From positions 1-31,191 of the forward strand of contig JBBILZ010000030.1 of the NCBI GenBank assembly GCA_037444665.1: a stretch of DNA of 31,191 nt, in the 5' to 3' direction. Shown here piece by piece: positions 27,286 to 31,191 of the stretch. The stretch's first letter is position 1; the number at the start of each line of letters is the position of its first letter. A program made the position numbers and the translations under genes. The DNA comes from a candidate division WOR-3 bacterium. GTDB taxonomy: Bacteria; Hydrothermota; Tepidihabitantia; SM23-42; JAOAFX01. The notes below the pieces were generated by a model. That model worked only from the letters and a program-made list of their open reading frames with translations, made no database searches and was not told the DNA's origin.

Positions 27286-28041
27286 TTATTCTTTCAAACT
27301 AAAAAGTTTACGGGCATTCTTATCTGTAATTGTTTCAACCTCATCCGCACTCAAGCCTTTTATTGATGCTGCTACATTCAAGGTTTCAAAAATATAACCG
27401 GGTTCATTTCTCTGTCCCCTGTGGTTGACTGGTGCAAGGAATGGAGCATCTGTTTCAAACATTACAAAATCAAGAGGTACATATTGAAAGATCTCACGCA
27501 TATTCTTGGAAAATGTTAAGACTCCACCGAATCCCAAATAGTATCCAAGATCCATAACCTTTTTTGCCTGTTCAATGGTTCCACTAAAGCAGTGGAATAG
27601 TCCCTTATGATAATCTTCTCTGGTTAAAATTTTTATTGCCTCATCAATGGACATCCTTGTATGGATAATTAATGGTAGATTGTATTTACGGGCAATATTA
27701 ATATGTTTTTCAAAGAGTGCTTGCTGTGCTTCTTTAGGGTAATAATGCCGATAAAAATCCAAGCCGGTTTCACCAATCGCAACGACTTTTTTATTACTGC
27801 ATAGGTCCTCAATCTCTGCCATCTGTGCAACTGACTCATCTGCACTCTCATTAGGATGGATTCCAACTGCGGGTAGAATCCAGTCATATTTTTCATTCAT
27901 CTTCAGTGCACGGATGCTGGTCTCTCTGTCATAACCAACATTGATAATATTTTTTATTCCTGCAGACCAGGCACGCTTGATTACTTCTTCTAAATCCTTA
28001 TTAAACTGGGGATCAATTAAATGGCAATGGGTATCAATCAC
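27286..28041 (-). CDS. tatD: TatD-family hydrolase
   Basis: IDTHCHL, GIHP, IGETGLD, IIHTR, HCFSG, ETDAPFLAP...RNEP. Confidence 0.95.
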   Translation of the reverse strand: MIDTHCHLIDPQFNKDLEEVIKRAWSAGIKNIINVGYDRETSIRALKMNEKYDWILPAVGIHPNESADESVAQMAEIEDLCSNKKVVAIGETGLDFYRHYYPKEAQQALFEKHINIARKYNLPLIIHTRMSIDEAIKILTREDYHKGLFHCFSGTIEQAKKVMDLGYYLGFGGVLTFSKNMREIFQYVPLDFVMFETDAPFLAPVNHRGQRNEPGYIFETLNVAASIKGLSADEVETITDKNARKLFSLKE

Positions 28042-30022
28042 TTCACAACTGCACCTGATGAGATGGGTTTGTCAGTGGTTAAAAGCACGAGCCCATTCTT
28101 ATCCTGTGCTGCCAAAAGCATTCCCTGGGACAATACACCCTTAAATGAAACGGGTTTTAAATTATTTACAATAATGATTGTCTTTCCTACAAGTTCTTCT
28201 GGTTTGTATTGTTTACCAATACCTGCCACAATCTGTTTCTTTATCTCGCCTACTTCAATCTCACAGACTACAAGATGATTGCTTCCTTGAACCATCCGCG
28301 CGGAAAGAATCTTTGCCGTGCGTAATTCTATTTTATTGAAATCTTCAATGGTTATCTCTTTCTGTTTTAACTTTGCAATCTGGACTTCAATAATCTCATC
28401 CTCAAATTTTTTGAAAAGAATTTCAATCTTATTTATGGTTTGCGGAACAATGGGCGTGCCAATATTGTCCCAGTTCTGTTCCTGAAAATTTATCATCTTT
28501 TTCAATTTCTGGGCAGTAAAAGGTAAAAATGGTTCCATTAATACTGCCAGTGCAGTCACCATCTTCATACAGATATACATTGTCCGTTCGCAGATCAAAG
28601 GGCTGGTCTTTCTTGCAATCCAGGGTGCTTCTTTATCAAAATATTTATTTCCTTCCTGGGCAATTTTCATCACTTCCTGGAGGGCGCTTTTAAATTCAAA
28701 ATTTTCAATCTTTTCACCGATTATCTTAGGCGCATTGTGTAGTATATCAAGAATTCTATTTTCATTTTCCGTAAATGCAGAGGCAGATGGAACATTTGAA
28801 TTATAATATTTTTCAATAAAGGTTAATGTGCGATTGATATAATTGCCAAGGATATCTGCCAGTTCATTATTATGCCAGGACTGAAAATCACGCCAGGTAA
28901 AATCTGAATCTCTTGTCTCCGGAAGATTGCGCGTAAGGGCATACCTCAAAGAATCAGCAGGAAATTCTTTGAGATATTCAGGAAGCCATATCGCATAGCC
29001 ACGGGAAGTAGAAAGTTTTTCACCTTCTAAATTTAAGAACTGATTTGCGGGAATCTCAGCGGGCAGGATATAATTACCATAAGCCATCAGCATTGCTGGC
29101 CAGATAAGGGCGTGGAATACAATATTGTCTTTGCCAATAAAATGGACCAGTTTTGTGTCTGGATTTAGCCAGTATTCCTTCCATAAATCTGGTTCACCTT
29201 TATTTATTGCCCATTCCATAGTTGATGAGATATAGCCGATCGGTGCATCAAACCATACATACAATACCTTTCCCTTTGCTTCATCAAGGGGCACTGGCAC
29301 ACCCCATGCCATATCCCTGGTTATGGGGCGGTCTTCAAGCCCTTCTTTAAGCCATCCTTTCACAAAGGTGAGGACTGTCTCGCGCCAGTTTTTCTTTGTC
29401 TCAATCCACTCCCTGAGTTGGACTCCCTGAGTTGGTTTTGAAACTGGGAAAGTTTAAAATACCAGTGTTTGGTCTTCTGCCTTACAGGTTTTTCACCACA
29501 GACCAAACATCTTGGTTCAATCAACTGGAACGGTTCAAGCCATCTACCACAGGATTCACACTGGTCACCTTTTGCACCATCAATACCACAGCGCGGACAT
29601 TTACCAACCACATAACGGTCAGGTAAAAACCTTGCACATTTGGGACAATAAAATTGTTCGGTCTCTTTTACATAAATAAAACCCTTGTTATATATTTGCA
29701 GAAAAAAATCCTGGGCAAGACGATAATGCAATGGTTTTGTTGTGCGGGAAAAATTATCAAAGCTTATACCAAAATCAATAAATGATTTTTTTATAGATTC
29801 GTAATAATAATCTACAATTTCCTGCGCTGTCTTTTTCTGCTGGTCAGCAAGAACAGTTATGGGCACACCATGTTCATCTGTGCCACAGATATGTATCACA
29901 TCCCTGCCTTTGAGCCTCTGATAACGCACATAGATATCTGCCGGCAGATATGCACCAGCAAGATGGCCTAAGTGAATATCGCCATTGGCATAAGGCAATG
30001 CACTCGTTACAAGTATCTTCAT
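28038..30022 (-). CDS. metG: Methionine--tRNA ligase, split by a 14-bp tandem duplication
   Basis: ALPYANG..HLGH, GTDEHG, four CxxC zinc motifs, YVWFDA, FIGKDN, KLSTS, C-terminal Trbp111-like domain. Removing one repeat copy joins the two ORF-track pieces into 656 aa. Confidence 0.93.
29408..29435. repeat. Exact 14-bp tandem duplication
   Basis: ACTCCCTGAGTTGG occurs twice (29408-29421, 29422-29435). Confidence 0.96.
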
Positions 30023-30027
30023 AAACA

Positions 30028-30055
30028 ATTATAAATAAAGTTTAGAAAAAGTCAA
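30028..30055 (-). promoter_or_regulatory. sigma70-type promoter for the leaderless metG operon
   Basis: Minus strand TTGACT(30055-30050)-16 bp-TATAAT(30033-30028); ATG at 30022. Confidence 0.8.
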
Positions 30056-30110
30056 TATAAGGGATAGGGGAGAAGGATATAAATATGGAAAAAAGATGGA
30101 GTAAATAACC

Positions 30111-30371
30111 TCAATTATTTAAAGGGATTACAGAAACAGTCCTTTTACCACCTTTTGTCCAGCCAAATTTTACCTGACCACGGGCAAGGGCATAAATTGT
30201 ATAATCCTTACCCATACCAGTATTCATACCCGGATGGATCTGGGTGCCGCGCTGTCTGATAATTATTGTACCTGTATTGACAACCTGTCCATCAAACCTT
30301 TTTACACCGAGCCTTTTACCTTCTGAATCCCGTCCGTTCTTTGCTGAACCTGTTCCTTTTTTGTGTGCCAT
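30111..30371 (-). CDS. rpmA: 50S ribosomal protein L27
   Basis: MAHKKG.GS..NGRDS..KRLGVK, RQRGT; GGAGGT SD. Confidence 0.98.
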   Translation of the reverse strand: MAHKKGTGSAKNGRDSEGKRLGVKRFDGQVVNTGTIIIRQRGTQIHPGMNTGMGKDYTIYALARGQVKFGWTKGGKRTVSVIPLNN

Positions 30372-30392
30372 GCTACCTCCTGTTTTTATATC

Positions 30393-30707
30393 TCATTTTT
30401 TGGTAATTTCAGTGATTTCTACTTCTGTAAATGACTGGCGATGCCCTTTTTTACGACGATAATTCTCACGCCGAATAAATTTAAAGACGATCACCTTGGG
30501 CATCTTACCAGTCTTTTTTATCACACCTTTAACTGAAGCACCTTCAATAAAAGGTTTTCCCACCAGCACATTATTTTCATCCTTTATCATCAAAACCTTG
30601 TTAAATTCAATTTCCTTTCCTGATTCGCCGAGAATTGCTGGAACAATTATCTTTTCACCCTTTGATACTACATATTGGTGATTATTGGTTCTAATTACCG
30701 CAAACAT
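30393..30707 (-). CDS. rplU: 50S ribosomal protein L21
   Basis: MFAVI...QY.V..G, VGKPF, YRRKKGHRQ.FT. Confidence 0.97.
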   Translation of the reverse strand: MFAVIRTNNHQYVVSKGEKIIVPAILGESGKEIEFNKVLMIKDENNVLVGKPFIEGASVKGVIKKTGKMPKVIVFKFIRRENYRRKKGHRQSFTEVEITEITKK

Positions 30708-31051
30708 TATTTACTCCCTGGTTCTTCAGGAATTACTGGCGCCTGCCCTTCAGGCACAGGGCTAATCGGTGCAGGCACTTCTGTTTCAAGGCCTCTTTCC
30801 ACAGCGCTCTTTGGCATTGGTCTTCGGGATAGGAGGACCAGAAACAAAGAGGTAAGGAAAAAACCGATTGCCAGTCCTGAAGTGAGCTTTATAAAGAAAG
30901 GCGTAGCGCCCTTACCACCAAATAATGAATCACTACCTCCACCGCCACCAAAGACACTGGACATACCCGCACCTCTGGTCTGCTGGAGCAGGACTACAAT
31001 AATCAATAGAACGCAAATCAGCACATGTAAAGCAAAGATTATTCCGTACAT
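30707..31051 (-). CDS. secG: Preprotein translocase subunit SecG
   Basis: Two TM segments flanking VLLQQ..GAG....FGG....LFG; AAGGAG SD. Confidence 0.93.
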   Translation of the reverse strand: MYGIIFALHVLICVLLIIVVLLQQTRGAGMSSVFGGGGGSDSLFGGKGATPFFIKLTSGLAIGFFLTSLFLVLLSRRPMPKSAVERGLETEVPAPISPVPEGQAPVIPEEPGSK

Positions 31052-31081
31052 TTATATCTCCTTAAATTAATATCTGAACCA

Positions 31082-31109
31082 ATTATATTCAAATTTCCTC
31101 CGATGTCAA
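31082..31109 (-). promoter_or_regulatory. sigma70-type promoter of secG-rplU-rpmA
   Basis: Minus strand TTGACA(31109-31104)-16 bp-TATAAT(31087-31082). Confidence 0.8.
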
Positions 31110-31191
31110 TATACCAGATATAAACAATAATTTATAGCCAGACCGACCACACTTTCGGCTTCTTAATTTTTGCTACGTCTTTCATCAAAAT

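Noticed and set aside
31132..31191. 3' end of an upstream minus-strand gene (ILMKDVAKIKKPKVWSVWL*)
   Set aside because: Only 60 bp are visible, a second frame (FDERRSKN*) is also possible, and there is no motif to identify it.

Overview
AT-rich bacterial chromosomal window made almost entirely of housekeeping and metabolic genes. Gene content suggests an anaerobic FCB-type/WOR-3-like lineage (inference only). In order: a partial CDS; glmM-like phosphohexomutase; folK-dNK-panB-queF; a long-form GreA; tRNA-Glu(CUC); rpoN; tricorn protease; asnA; a CapA-family protein; nrdR-nrdD with an NrdR box; TPR-dksA/traR-lspA; a lysA-aspartokinase-ddh lysine operon; a secreted clostripain plus an isoaspartyl peptidase; metG-tatD-rsmA-DUF362; and secG-rplU-rpmA. 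No transposase, phage gene or CRISPR array was seen. The best new signal is a complete ribosome-coupled attenuator upstream of lysA, missing from the ORF track: a promoter, a leaderless 22-aa leader peptide with a Lys-Lys pair, and mutually exclusive antiterminator/terminator hairpins. Other signals: pervasive leaderless genes; sigma70-type promoters with mostly 16-bp spacers; a covarying GTAG-type REP family with nested mini-hairpin insertions; a patchwork repeat region with a G-quadruplex-like motif; and two exact tandem duplications (68 bp and 14 bp) that frameshift the aspartokinase gene and metG, probably assembly artefacts.
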